Positions 28,340-39,084 of a stretch of DNA of 64,000 nt are shown in pieces; the first letter of the stretch is position 1, and each line of letters opens with the position of its first letter. A program made the translations under genes and the position numbers. Origin of the DNA: Longimicrobiales bacterium (GTDB lineage Bacteria; Gemmatimonadota; Gemmatimonadetes; Longimicrobiales; Gaopeijiaceae). The notes below the pieces were generated by a model. The model was not told the DNA's origin, did no database searches, and saw only the letters and a list, made by a program, of their open reading frames with translations. Location: NCBI GenBank assembly GCA_965116905.1, contig OZ220732.1, positions 704,001 through 768,000 of the forward strand. Reading direction: 5' to 3'.

Positions 28340-29047
28340 TCATTCGTCCCTTGCCACGTTCAGCTCGTGGACCGTCTCGCCAGCTCGCGTAAGCCTTAGC
28401 CCCTGAAACGGATCCGGCAGGCTTGACACACCGTGTCCGGCGGCCGCGTTCCCCAGAAAGATCTGGCCGTTCCCATCGCGCACATAGACGCCGACCCGGC
28501 CATCCTGGTCGTCCAGGGTCAACACGAGACCCTCGGTGCCGCGATCCGAATCGAGGCCAAAGTTGACACGATAGTGGCCGTCGAGCTCAAGCAGGCCGTA
28601 CCCCGTGCGCTCGAACCCCTCGGGATCATTGATCACTACGCCCGTGCTCGGCCCGAGGCGCCTGCCGATGTTCGGATCGGGCTTCGGGTCGCCGATGGCA
28701 ATCCGGTCAAAGCCGTCCTCGCTGAGAATCAGGATCCCGTTGGTCGAGTGCTGATAGTCCCGGTACCAACCCATATACCGTTCCAGGTCCGGAAACCGAG
28801 GTCCCCAGAGATTCCGCACGCGGGCTGTGTCGGTGCGAACGCGGTTGTCGGCTTCGGGAATGGGCGCACCGATGAGGATCCGTTCGCGTCCCGCATCGTC
28901 CTCGACAATCAGCCCGCGCACTCGCAGGACACCATCGGTCCCCGTCCCGCTCCTGACGAACAGGACGGCCAGTGCAACGGTCATCAGGATGGCGTATGCC
29001 TGGAGCCAACGGACTGCTCGTGTCAGTCGTTCGGTCTTCGTACTCAC
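28340..29047 (-). CDS. Membrane-anchored hypothetical beta-rich protein
   Basis: Single TM helix followed by LRVRGLIVEDDAGRERILIG; plausible coding composition. Confidence 0.65.
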   Translation of the reverse strand: MSTKTERLTRAVRWLQAYAILMTVALAVLFVRSGTGTDGVLRVRGLIVEDDAGRERILIGAPIPEADNRVRTDTARVRNLWGPRFPDLERYMGWYRDYQHSTNGILILSEDGFDRIAIGDPKPDPNIGRRLGPSTGVVINDPEGFERTGYGLLELDGHYRVNFGLDSDRGTEGLVLTLDDQDGRVGVYVRDGNGQIFLGNAAAGHGVSSLPDPFQGLRLTRAGETVHELNVARDE

Positions 29048-29350
29048 TGGTTTTCTCCGCGGAAGCTGGGTAGTTGTGCAATCGGCGATCATCCTGCTAT
29101 TGGACACCCCGATCGTTGGACCAGGTTGTCCGGTAGACGGACCGCGGGCTGATTGTGGGAACGCGGTCGAGCTTTCGAACGATCTCTACCCCCGCCCCTA
29201 CCCCGCCGGCCCCACAGGATAGTCCTCGCGTCTGCCCGTATCGCCCGGCTGGATGACGAAGTCCCGCCGGTCCCGGTAGAGACGTGCGCGGTTCAGCACG
29301 TGGTCTTCGGCGTCGACAGTCGCAGATCGCTTCAAGTCATCAACTGCACA

Positions 29351-29386
29351 TTGACAACTGTATACCATCATGCCCATTATTGTCAA
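29351..29386 (+). promoter_or_regulatory. TTGACAA...TTGTCAA inverted repeat including a -35 box, probable operator/promoter
   Basis: ttgacaa-N22-ttgtcaa about 30 bp upstream of ATG 29417. Confidence 0.5.
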
Positions 29387-29416
29387 CCATCAGTCCCTCA
29401 AGACGCGGACAACGGC

Positions 29417-30493
29417 ATGTTTGGACAGCGACTTCGGCTCGCCCGCAGGCGCGCGGGCCTTTCTCTGCGGTCGCTTGCAGAGCGGATGGATCCGGGGGTT
29501 TCCGCGCAGGCGATCAGCAAGTACGAGGCGGGCAAGATGATGCCGTCTTCGGCTGTCCTGGTCGCCCTCGGCGAGGCGCTCGACGTCTCGCTGGACTTCC
29601 TCATGAGCGACCGGATCGACGTCCTCGACGGTCTCGAATTCCGCAAGGACCCGGGCACCTCCAGCCGCGACCGGGCGCGCGCCGAAGCCGTGTTGATCGA
29701 CAAGCTCGAGCGGTATCTGACCATTGAGGACATTCTCGGGATTCCGGCGGCCGGCGACCGGTTCGAACACTGCCGCTGCGACTGCATCGCCACTGAAGCC
29801 GAGATCGACGAGCGCGCCGACCGGCTTCGCGAGGACTGGGACCTCGGCATGGATCCCGTGCCCAGCCTGTGCGCCCTCCTGGAGGACAAGGGGATCAAGG
29901 TCGTCGAAGCCGACCTGCCGGAGCGGATCAGCGGTCTGGCGTGCCGCGGCATGCGACGGGGCAGGGTCGTCGCCGATGCAGTCGTGGTATCGACGCGGAC
30001 GAATGTGGAACGCAAGCGCTTCACGCTGGCGCATGAACTCGCGCACAAGATCATCCGGTCCACCGGGAACCCCGCGATCAGGCTGGAAGCGGCCATGAAC
30101 CGGTTCGCGGGCGCGTTCCTTGTCCCCGGCCGGGATCTGCTGGAGAAGATCGGCGGAAGGCGCCGGCGGGTTACGTACTACGAGATCGCGCGGCTCAAGC
30201 ATGCGTACGGAGTGTCGGCGGCGGCCATGCTGGTGCGGCTGGGCCAAGTCGGTGTGCTGCGTCCGTCTGCGGTTCGGCGGGCGTTTGCGACGTTTGCGCG
30301 GTCGTGGCTGACGTCCGAGCCGGAGCCGATCCGCGACGACCAGGGGTTCGGGGCGTTCGAGAAGCCGCAGCGGTTCAGGAGGCTGGTGTGGCAGGCGGTG
30401 GGGGAAGAGCTGATATCACCGGTTCGCGGGGCCGCGCTGCTCGGGGAGTCGCTTGAGGTGGTGGAGTGGCAGGTTAGCGGACCCGTGGGGTGA
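29417..30493 (+). CDS. XRE HTH plus ImmA/IrrE (M78) metallopeptidase
   Basis: MFGQRLRLARRRAGLSLR HTH; RFTLAHELAH and NRFAGAFLVP. Confidence 0.9.
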   Translation: MFGQRLRLARRRAGLSLRSLAERMDPGVSAQAISKYEAGKMMPSSAVLVALGEALDVSLDFLMSDRIDVLDGLEFRKDPGTSSRDRARAEAVLIDKLERYLTIEDILGIPAAGDRFEHCRCDCIATEAEIDERADRLREDWDLGMDPVPSLCALLEDKGIKVVEADLPERISGLACRGMRRGRVVADAVVVSTRTNVERKRFTLAHELAHKIIRSTGNPAIRLEAAMNRFAGAFLVPGRDLLEKIGGRRRRVTYYEIARLKHAYGVSAAAMLVRLGQVGVLRPSAVRRAFATFARSWLTSEPEPIRDDQGFGAFEKPQRFRRLVWQAVGEELISPVRGAALLGESLEVVEWQVSGPVG

Positions 30494-30589
30494 GGGGAGA
30501 AGGGCGCTACCGGCGTGGGGTGTCCTTGTCCTGGACAGCAGGGATCCCCATATCAACGGGGAGAGGATCGCACGGGAGTTTCGGGACCT

Positions 30590-31048
30590 ATGGACAAGAT
30601 CACTGAGGCACATGGTGGCGGAGCTGTGACAGGCCGCTGGACGGACATCGACCCCACCAAGTACGACGACGCCCACGAGGTTCAGGGGCTCGAACTGGAC
30701 ACGGGCTATTTCATCTCGCCGTACGACGTGCCTGATGGCGTACGCCTGCACTTCACGGCCCAAAGGGGCTACCTGATCGAACTCCGCTATCTTACCGACC
30801 AAGAGAAGATCGACTTCACCGAAACTGAGCTTCCCGAGATTCACTTCGGCCTGGGCCGCCACTCAAACCGGCTGGTGTCGCTGGAGGTCGCCGCCACAAA
30901 GGGGTTTCCTGAGTGGGAAAAGGTCGAGTCATTGCTCTCAACGCTGACCAGTCAGCGGAACCACACCAACCATTTCGTGGCGCGATCCGTGTTGCGCGAC
31001 TTTTGGTCCCGCCTGGCCGAACAGGTTCGGGAGATGCAGACGGGGTGA
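30590..31048 (+). CDS. Hypothetical protein
   Basis: ORF with globular composition; no family recognised. Confidence 0.45.
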   Translation: MDKITEAHGGGAVTGRWTDIDPTKYDDAHEVQGLELDTGYFISPYDVPDGVRLHFTAQRGYLIELRYLTDQEKIDFTETELPEIHFGLGRHSNRLVSLEVAATKGFPEWEKVESLLSTLTSQRNHTNHFVARSVLRDFWSRLAEQVREMQTG

Positions 31049-31080
31049 GCCTGCCCCACTGAATTACAGGAGTTCGCGGT

Positions 31081-33435
31081 TCAGTCTGGCACCGGCATCC
31101 GGTAGCCAACGTGACGCTCGTTCAGGATGTAGGCTGCGCTCGCCGCGTCCTCGCCCAGCTTGCGGCGGAGCCTCTTGACGACGGCGTGGACGAGCTTCGG
31201 GCTGGCGCGGTTCGGATAGCGCCCCCAGGCCTGGCGGAGCAGTGAGCGGTACGTGAGCACCCGTCCGGCGTTGGCCGACAGTAGGCGCAGCACCTCGTAT
31301 TCCGTGACCGTGAGTTCTACCGGACGCTCGGCCAGCGTCACCTGGCGTCGCTCGTAGTCGATGGCGAGCTCTCCCAGCACAAACGGTTCCGGCTCCGAGT
31401 GCTTTCTCAGTGCCGCCCGGACCCTCGCTGTCAGTTCCGTCAACGAGAACGGCTTGACGACGTAGTCGGCTGCGCCGGCCCCGAGTGCCCTCGCGATCGT
31501 CTCGGCCCTTCCGTACGCCGAGATGAAGATGACCGGACGGTCGGCCAGCTCGGGAACCTCTTCCATCAGCTTGATGCCGTCGGTCCCCGGCAACATCAGG
31601 TCGAGCAGGACCAGGTGCGGTTGCTCTGCGCGGATGACGCGGGACAGCTCCCGGTGGTCGCCCGTGACCAGCACGTGGTAGCCCGCCGTCCTTAGCGCAT
31701 CGCGGACGAAAAGCAGCGTTTGTGGATCGTCGTCCACCACCAGGATGCGCTCGCGCTCCCGTGCCCGCGCCGGAAGTCGCCGGTCCTGCCGGTCCTGTCC
31801 TGCTTGACCCTGTTTGGAGCGCGCCGTTTCAGCGTCGACACGGGCTTCTTCGGCCACCGGGACCGTGAACGTGAACTGCGCGCCCCGACCCTCGCCAGCG
31901 CTCGTGGCCCGGATGCGCCCGCCGTGCGCCTCGACCAGTCCCTTGCAGATGAGCAGGCCCAGTCCGTGCCCAAGGCCGCCCTCCGCGTCATCCATGATTG
32001 CCTGCTTCCGGAACAGGTGCGGGATACGGTCGGGTGGAATGCCCCGGCCCCGGTCGGAAACCGAGATCGCGACATGCGTTCCGTCGCGCCACGCGGCTAC
32101 GTGAATGGGCGACGACTCCGGAGAGTGCCTTGCGGCGTTGATGAGGAGGTTGTTCAGAACCTGGGAAATGCGTTGCCGGTCGACCATCACGAGGGGCAGG
32201 TCCAGCGGAACGTCGATGACGATCGTGTGGCGGCCGGCGGCGGTCTGGAACGTGGTCCTCGCCGCGTCCACCAGCGCCCCGACGTCCGAGGTCTCGGGCA
32301 CGACCGACAGCGTATCCGTGGCGATGCGTCCGGCATCGAGCAGGTCGCTGACGAGGCTGCTCATCTGATCGGCCTGTGAATTGATGATTCGGAAGAACTG
32401 CAGCATTTCTGCCGGGGCGAAGCCGGGCGATGCATCGAGCACGGCGCCCGCACAGCCCTTGATTGAGGTGAGCGGCGTTCGCAATTCGTGACTCACGATC
32501 GCGAGAAGCTCCGTGCGCATCCGCTCCAGTTCCTCGAATGGGGCAAGATCCTGCATCGTGACCACGACGAACTCGACTCCGCCGTTGGCTGCATGGATCG
32601 GCGTGACGTTGACCAGCGTCCTCACGCTCCGGCCATCGGGCACCGAGAGCACGATCTCCTCGTTGCGCAGCGTCTCACCGCGCCTCAGTTCGTCTGAAAT
32701 CGCGGGATCTTCCGTGAGGTCGACCTTGCGCCCGTCGGCCCCACGGGACGTGACGATCTCCAGCAGGTGCTCAATAGGGCGATCCGGCATCCTCAGCCCT
32801 TCCACGATCCGCGTCGCCTTCCGGTTCCACGACACCAGACCGCCGGTCTTGGCGTCGAAGAGAACGACGCCGACCGGCGAAGTCTCGACCAAAGCCTCCA
32901 GCTTCGCCCTCGCACGAAGCTCGTCCCGGTAGGCGCGAGCGTTGGCGATCGCCGCGGCTGCTTGAGGTGCAAAAAGCACAAGCATATCTTCGTCTTGGTC
33001 AGTAAACTCCTGTCCGCCTTCCTTATCAGCAACAACGAGGGTGCCCAGGTGCACACCTTGATGACGGATCGGCGTGGCTTGTAACGTGTTGCCCGGTTGC
33101 CCGGCCCGCTTTTCATCCGGCGCGACGCCGGAAGTTGGAACGCGGTGGGGTTGGCCCGGCTCGTCGGTGGCCGTGAGGTATCCTTGCCGGGCCCCGGTCA
33201 AAGCGCGAGCGCTGTCCACGACCTCGCGCAACACGGTGTCGAGGTCCAGGCTGGCGCTGATCCGGACCAAAGCCCGGGACAGTCTCGAGTGGCGCTCCCT
33301 TAACGCCCTGTTCTGGCGAAGGAGCTCGTCCGGGTCGTTCGTCACGGGTTTCTCCTTCCCATGCCTGAGCGCAGTGTAACGTGGATGGGGGATTATCGCC
33401 AGAGAATCGCCAAGGGCGGGCCGTGTGTCGCCCAC
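31081..33435 (-). CDS. Hybrid GAF-PAS histidine kinase / receiver / OmpR-type winged-helix protein
   Basis: VSHELRTPLT, NLLINAARHS, DRGRGI, GHGLGL, ILVVDDD, LLDLMLP and ELTVTEYEVL...HVGYR. Confidence 0.9.
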   Translation of the reverse strand: MGDTRPALGDSLAIIPHPRYTALRHGKEKPVTNDPDELLRQNRALRERHSRLSRALVRISASLDLDTVLREVVDSARALTGARQGYLTATDEPGQPHRVPTSGVAPDEKRAGQPGNTLQATPIRHQGVHLGTLVVADKEGGQEFTDQDEDMLVLFAPQAAAAIANARAYRDELRARAKLEALVETSPVGVVLFDAKTGGLVSWNRKATRIVEGLRMPDRPIEHLLEIVTSRGADGRKVDLTEDPAISDELRRGETLRNEEIVLSVPDGRSVRTLVNVTPIHAANGGVEFVVVTMQDLAPFEELERMRTELLAIVSHELRTPLTSIKGCAGAVLDASPGFAPAEMLQFFRIINSQADQMSSLVSDLLDAGRIATDTLSVVPETSDVGALVDAARTTFQTAAGRHTIVIDVPLDLPLVMVDRQRISQVLNNLLINAARHSPESSPIHVAAWRDGTHVAISVSDRGRGIPPDRIPHLFRKQAIMDDAEGGLGHGLGLLICKGLVEAHGGRIRATSAGEGRGAQFTFTVPVAEEARVDAETARSKQGQAGQDRQDRRLPARARERERILVVDDDPQTLLFVRDALRTAGYHVLVTGDHRELSRVIRAEQPHLVLLDLMLPGTDGIKLMEEVPELADRPVIFISAYGRAETIARALGAGAADYVVKPFSLTELTARVRAALRKHSEPEPFVLGELAIDYERRQVTLAERPVELTVTEYEVLRLLSANAGRVLTYRSLLRQAWGRYPNRASPKLVHAVVKRLRRKLGEDAASAAYILNERHVGYRMPVPD

Positions 33436-33613
33436 GGGTCGTAGGGCGGGCTGTATGGTAGGAGGGCAGGTGTCGGTATCCTCGTTCGATTTCCTTGAGT
33501 CGGTCTTCGCGACTCATAGAGCTGAGGCATACAGATGCTCGGATGGCAATGTGGTGCTTGTCAAAACGATAAGGGAGAGTTAGGCGTCACCCTCTAGACA
33601 AGGCAAGTGAAAG

Positions 33614-36430
33614 ATGTCTGGCGTTATCTATTCTTTGCGACAAGTTAATACCGCCACCGGGACCGCCGGTGGCTGGGGGTTGACGAGTTGTCTTCGCAGA
33701 TACCTCCGTCGTCGCTTCCAATCCGGGCTCGCAATTCTGGTGATCGTAGCCGTGGGTGCGTGCGACCACCCGCCCGCCGGATTCTCCATTGAGTCGGCGT
33801 TCGAGATCGTTGATTCGCTCAGCGCGATGCGCGACCGCGGCCCAATTCAAGGCGCGCGCGAAGCATGTGCGAATGAGACCGAGCCCGAAGCGGACATGGC
33901 CACCAGCGGCACATCGTCGGACGTCCTATTGTATGCCGCGCTTCACCTTAGACGACTGGGGTTCTCCTGCACCGTGCGCTCGGTGAGACAGGTGGGTGGC
34001 AGCGCCACGGGGATTCGGATCGATGCCGCGAGCGAATTGGTCGCTTGGCGCGACGGCCGCGCTTCGTCGGCAACTGCGGCACTGATGGCGATTTCTTACC
34101 ATGCTGACCCTGGCCGAGCGCCCGATGCGTACCGACTGTGGCCGATCGTCGTCGGTCTCGAAGGCATCCGCGCGTTTGTGGAATCAGATGCAACGGACGA
34201 TATCGGGGACCTCGTCGTTACGATTGGCGACATTTCGGACTGGGCTGCCGGTGTCACATCGACTTGGTTACAACCCTTCCCTTCACCGGACAATGACACG
34301 TACTCTACCCAAGTCGCTACTTCAGGCCCCGTTGGACCAGCCCTCCCGGTGATGTTGGCGAGTGCTCCAGGATGGGTGATTGGGACGAGCGCGGAACCGG
34401 TTACCGAAGCAGTCAGCCTTGGTTTCTCTGGCATGGGCGAGTTTCCGATACTCGGTGAACCGCCTCCAGCCAATCGGACTCTCCTGCGTTCTCACGGAAT
34501 CGCACCTACGCCCATCCGGCCGGTTGCCTTTGCGAGCGATCATCAACCGATTGGACGCGCCGGGTCCACCTCGGTTGCGCGGAACTCAGGATCGGTTCTG
34601 CGCGGCAAGGGCGACGCGTTCGTCCGTGCGCTACGCGCGGCGGCAGCACCATCACAGCCCGCGTGGACAATGGAGGGGCATTGGTACTGGCTTTTGGGAA
34701 TCTGCCTTCCATTGATACTCGTGGGCCTCGCTCTCCAAACGATTGTCATCAATACGCGGACGCGCTTGTCGAACGTCAAGAGGGCGATTGAGAAACTGGG
34801 GCTATGGCTTCATCGTAGCGACAAGGCGTTGGCAAAGCAGACAGAGCAGCGGCAAACTCTCAATGAGGCGAGGGACGGGTCCCGAGCAGTCCTGAAACGG
34901 TTGCCGGCCTGGTTGTGGCTGAAGTTGGTGGGTGGAATCGTACACCGTAGGCATCTACGGGATGATCTGCGAAGGAGAAGGGCAGATTACTTGAGCCATT
35001 TGGAGGTCCAGAACGAAGTGCTGACGAAAAGACAGGAGGGCGAGCGAGGGGACAGATCAAGACTCTTTGGCGGAGTCTGGGAGGGTGTCGCCACGGTTCT
35101 CGCTAAGGGCGGTGTCCTGCCTTTGGTGATCGGTGGGTTGACTGCCGCCGGATCGCTCGTCGCTGTGCACTGGTTGGAAATACAGGTTCAGCAACAATTG
35201 CTGCCGGACTCACTTTTCGACTTGGGAATCCTGCTTCCGTCGGTGGCCGCAGTATACGTCTTAGGGTGCCTTTTGGCACAGGTGCTGGCATCGCCCAAAG
35301 ACAGACACAATCCGATCGCTGCATTTGCCTGGGGAAGCAGCCTGGTTGTGTACCTCGGTTTGAATGCAGTGGAGTTGAGCGGCTTCGACGATGCGATCAA
35401 CAACCTATACGACTCCCAGACGATCGACATGATGTTTGCAAGCCTGGCCATGGTGCTGATCAGTCGTGAGATCCTCTACTCCAGACGGAAGGAGAGGCAG
35501 AGGCACCAAGTGGAAGCGGACTACACAAAGGAACTCGATGCGGTCAGCGATGCGCTCTGGTTTGCCAGTTCGGGAGAGCGGCGAGAAGCACTTCTGCGCT
35601 CGGTGACGGGAGTCGTGTACCTCGGACTTGCCGCTCACTGTGTCTGGCGCGGACTCGGCGTGGTCCTGAGCAGCGAACAGGTGCCCGTGGGCCTGGTGCC
35701 GGTTACAGCGGTCACCGCAGTCGCGTTGTTGGTTCCGCTCGCGACCCTGTTCCTGGGCAACGTGCCTCCTGCCCCAACCACGGACCAGGGCATCAACGTC
35801 AGGAGCGCAGCCCCGATACTCTTGGCCATGGTCGGTTCAACACTCGCCTGCGCCGATCCGTCGGATCACCGATTCGAAAACGATCGTCACCTTACGGCGA
35901 TTCGCATCGATATGCGGGCTGCGGAGGATGCGCCAGTCATGTACCGGGTCTTCAGCGGAGATGACGGTACTCGGCAGGTCGAGCAGACGACAGTAGACCG
36001 AGCCGGTTTCGCTTTGCCCGCGGTAGGGCGCCGCGATACGGTTGTGATGGAAGACACCAGGCGCAGGCAAGTGCGGTTGGTCATCGAAGACAGCAGTGCT
36101 GCCGACATGATGGCAATCTGGCGGGGGAACGACAGCATCGCGGTTCTGCGGGCCGATGGCATCGAGCCTCGTCGAGGCTCCGACCCACGGGTCGTCGAGC
36201 GCTGGTTTGACACGGAGGACGACCGTTCGATGACCCTTCTGGTCGAACTCCCCAGATGTTGGTCCGCTGATCTTGTGGTGGTTCGGCGATTCAGCGGCAG
36301 GGCGGCAATGGAATTGGCGGGGCACGTTGTCGAACCCGATACAATTGTCGGGGATCGTCTTGATATGGAAGTGCTCACGACCGTGACGCAACAGCATTCG
36401 ATGCCAAGGTGCTGTACAACGTCGAGCTGA
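33614..36430 (+). CDS. Large membrane protein with possibly degenerate M28 peptidase-like N-terminal domain
   Basis: 938-aa ORF with many TM helices; ISYHADP, LEGIRAF and DLVVTIGD echo M28 layout without clear metal ligands. Confidence 0.5.
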   Translation: MSGVIYSLRQVNTATGTAGGWGLTSCLRRYLRRRFQSGLAILVIVAVGACDHPPAGFSIESAFEIVDSLSAMRDRGPIQGAREACANETEPEADMATSGTSSDVLLYAALHLRRLGFSCTVRSVRQVGGSATGIRIDAASELVAWRDGRASSATAALMAISYHADPGRAPDAYRLWPIVVGLEGIRAFVESDATDDIGDLVVTIGDISDWAAGVTSTWLQPFPSPDNDTYSTQVATSGPVGPALPVMLASAPGWVIGTSAEPVTEAVSLGFSGMGEFPILGEPPPANRTLLRSHGIAPTPIRPVAFASDHQPIGRAGSTSVARNSGSVLRGKGDAFVRALRAAAAPSQPAWTMEGHWYWLLGICLPLILVGLALQTIVINTRTRLSNVKRAIEKLGLWLHRSDKALAKQTEQRQTLNEARDGSRAVLKRLPAWLWLKLVGGIVHRRHLRDDLRRRRADYLSHLEVQNEVLTKRQEGERGDRSRLFGGVWEGVATVLAKGGVLPLVIGGLTAAGSLVAVHWLEIQVQQQLLPDSLFDLGILLPSVAAVYVLGCLLAQVLASPKDRHNPIAAFAWGSSLVVYLGLNAVELSGFDDAINNLYDSQTIDMMFASLAMVLISREILYSRRKERQRHQVEADYTKELDAVSDALWFASSGERREALLRSVTGVVYLGLAAHCVWRGLGVVLSSEQVPVGLVPVTAVTAVALLVPLATLFLGNVPPAPTTDQGINVRSAAPILLAMVGSTLACADPSDHRFENDRHLTAIRIDMRAAEDAPVMYRVFSGDDGTRQVEQTTVDRAGFALPAVGRRDTVVMEDTRRRQVRLVIEDSSAADMMAIWRGNDSIAVLRADGIEPRRGSDPRVVERWFDTEDDRSMTLLVELPRCWSADLVVVRRFSGRAAMELAGHVVEPDTIVGDRLDMEVLTTVTQQHSMPRCCTTSS

Positions 36431-36550
36431 GCAACTGCACGCCAAACGAGCTGAACGCGCAACTTGCGTTGCTCGCGCGTGGCTTCGGCTTGGTCGCTTT
36501 CTGGGCACGGTCTTCTTGGCCCCAACACCTTTTCACAGGGAATACGTTCG

Positions 36551-36890
36551 TCAGAGCGCTTCACAGCTCCGTTGACCACAGCGCTGAATGACCGGAGCCG
36601 GGTTGCCAGGAATAGTGCCACCATGTCCCGATACCGGGTGCCGGTGGAAAGCCAGCCACCCACCTAGCCACAGTCCGAAATGCCCGATCCACGCCTGGCA
36701 CCAGTTTGCGCGATGACTTCCGGACATGGCAATCAGGTGCCAGACGCGATCCGCTCGATACCTGTTCTTCCTGGGCAAAACGCCTTGCCGATACAGGCAA
36801 TCGTGCACCACACCGGCAACGTCTACTTTCGACCAATGGACCAAGGGTCGAGCAAGCCACGGAATTGAACTGTAGTCTCTCCTGAAGCAA
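36551..36890 (-). pseudogene. DUF1353-like fragment
   Basis: DYSSIPWLARPLVHWSKVDVAGVVHDCLY...RADRVW...LGGW; no proper 5' end. Confidence 0.55.
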
Positions 36891-36979
36891 TCATGCTCGG
36901 CTGGACAACAGGGCGCCTGGTTTGGCCGGTTGGCTACTTACCGTCGTACGCGGTTTACGTCGTCAAAGCGTCCCGCTGT

Positions 36980-37864
36980 TCAGCCAGCCCCCCAAGGATC
37001 CAGCGGCGGCACCGCCCTCCGCAGGCGCAGCTTCGTCCACATCGCCGAATGGTCACTCCAGCCCGGGCGGCGCCACTGGTGATGGTATCCGCTGCCGACC
37101 ACCTCGAAGTGTCGCGACACGAAGGTGTGATCGAAGCAACGCGGCCCATCACCCTTGCTCACACGGTGCGTCACGGGAGCCTCCACCTCAAACCCGTGGC
37201 GGTCACGGAATGCATCGCGCAAGCCGTGGCGTGACGTGTCCGCGAGCACCGACCTGACGCCCGCAGACCAGTCGGCACGAGGCCGGCCACGGAGCCTTCC
37301 ACGCGGCGGTCCCATCGCGCCATCGGCAGTAACCTCGGTTTCCGCGAATGTCAGGAACTGGCCCGACCTCAGAAACCGCCTCGGTTCATTGAAGTCGCCG
37401 GTGAGAAGGCGCGCGGAATCGCCCGCGCTACGGAGGGCCAGCGCCAGCGTCTCGAAGGTCTCGATCTTCTGCCACTTATGCCCGCTCCCGTGCGGGATGT
37501 GGGCGGTGAAGACATCGACATCCCCGTCAGGCGCCTTCACTGTGACTCGGCCGAGCACCTCCGGAAACGGAGCCGAACAACGCCAGGCGTCGCCTCCCGG
37601 AGGGTCGGTCACGGGCCAGCGGCTCGCGATCACGCAATGGTACTTCTTCTCAACCTTGCGGTCGCGGCAGGGCGATGGTTCGTGACTGTGCCAGACGTGT
37701 GCAAGCCCACGAGCTTGGAGCGCCTTGGCGATGTCGCACTTCCTGTCCGAACGGACCTCCTGCAGCGTGACGATGTCCGGCTCGGTCGACGCAATCGCGG
37801 TTGCGACGGTCTCGATTCGCTTTGACGAGCCGAGCTGGTCAACGTTCCAGGAAAGCAGATACAC
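36980..37864 (-). CDS. Endonuclease/exonuclease/phosphatase (EEP) family protein
   Basis: LLSWNV, DIVTLQEV, LTGDFN, FDHTF and SDHSA motifs. Confidence 0.88.
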   Translation of the reverse strand: MYLLSWNVDQLGSSKRIETVATAIASTEPDIVTLQEVRSDRKCDIAKALQARGLAHVWHSHEPSPCRDRKVEKKYHCVIASRWPVTDPPGGDAWRCSAPFPEVLGRVTVKAPDGDVDVFTAHIPHGSGHKWQKIETFETLALALRSAGDSARLLTGDFNEPRRFLRSGQFLTFAETEVTADGAMGPPRGRLRGRPRADWSAGVRSVLADTSRHGLRDAFRDRHGFEVEAPVTHRVSKGDGPRCFDHTFVSRHFEVVGSGYHHQWRRPGWSDHSAMWTKLRLRRAVPPLDPWGAG

Positions 37865-37984
37865 CGTTGGAGCCTTAGTTGAGCGTGGGCTGCCTCTGCA
37901 TTATGGGTCCCGAGCCGGGCCTCGCGCAACGGCTGCTCGTCGACGGCGAGTAGGGCTCGAGCCGGCCGACTACGGCGGGCCCCT

Positions 37985-38833
37985 CTACGGCGGGCACCCC
38001 AACCTGGCCGGATCGACCGACAGGCCCGAGTAAGCGTCCGCACGTCCCCGCAACACCCGCGTCGCACAACCGGGGGGCAGGACTCTTGACGACAGGGTGA
38101 TCGGCAAGGGCGCCAGGCGCGTCTTCGCGGCGCGCTCCATGAAGGTCTGGGAATAGGCTCGGATGTGCGTGCCCCTGCGGTATACCTCGATCATGTAGAG
38201 CTGGCTGGTCGGCAGGGACTCGAACTGTGGCCAGCCCCCGGGCAGAAGGCGCTCGTCGAGGTAGACGGAAGGCTGGACCAGGTTGCCGCGGTAGTAGACG
38301 CACCTGCTGAACCCGCACGGCGTGGTGAAGATCCCCGAGCGAGATGCGACAAAGTCGGCAGCCGACCAGTGGCCGCTGCTCGCGAAAGCCGCTTCATCGT
38401 ACGTTCGCACCACGGTTGCCACAGCACGGTGCCGGGTCCGGAAACGATCCATGACGATTTCGAGGCCCTCCAGCAGAATCGGGCTCGGCTGAAGGCGAAG
38501 GCGCATCGGTTCGTCCCCGGTCCCCGCGGCGACATCGACCGTGAGCGTCTCGTATCCCAGCCGCTCCGCCGTAATGGCAATGCTGCCCGCACCGACGCCG
38601 CAAAGAAGGAAGCGGCCGTCGCTGGTGGTCAGTGCCGGCCGATCCGCCACCTCTGCGGACACGCGAACGACGTCCAGCGGCGCCTCGGTCGCAGCGTCAA
38701 CGACCTGTCCGACGACGCGGCGCTGATCCGGCTCGCAAACGGGCTGGGCGTCGGCCGAAGAGACGGTGACCGCGGCCAGCGCCAACGACGCGAACAACTG
38801 CGGGAAGCTCGGACCTTCGATTGCTCTCAACAT
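37985..38833 (-). CDS. Carboxypeptidase-regulatory-like domain secreted protein
   Basis: Signal peptide, VVGQVVDAATEAPL, AERLGY, PSVYLDE and IEVYRRG. Confidence 0.7.
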   Translation of the reverse strand: MLRAIEGPSFPQLFASLALAAVTVSSADAQPVCEPDQRRVVGQVVDAATEAPLDVVRVSAEVADRPALTTSDGRFLLCGVGAGSIAITAERLGYETLTVDVAAGTGDEPMRLRLQPSPILLEGLEIVMDRFRTRHRAVATVVRTYDEAAFASSGHWSAADFVASRSGIFTTPCGFSRCVYYRGNLVQPSVYLDERLLPGGWPQFESLPTSQLYMIEVYRRGTHIRAYSQTFMERAAKTRLAPLPITLSSRVLPPGCATRVLRGRADAYSGLSVDPARLGCPP

Positions 38834-39084
38834 TCTGGCGGGCTTCCTTCGTTGGCTCCCTTCGCGGGCTCCATGGGCGGGACGGGTTGCAGGCACACTG
38901 CGCCGTGGGAAATACCCCGCAGGTGTCTTCGGGTTCCGGGGCGGGCCGTTCCTTGCGATCCGAAATGTCAACTACGGTTTCCATTAAGTGAACTCTGGTT
39001 GACATCCGGGGCCTGCGTCAGCTTCGTTTCCTCCCTGACCAGTCACTGTTGGTGGCCTCCACGGAGTGCGACCGCTGCCTGCCG

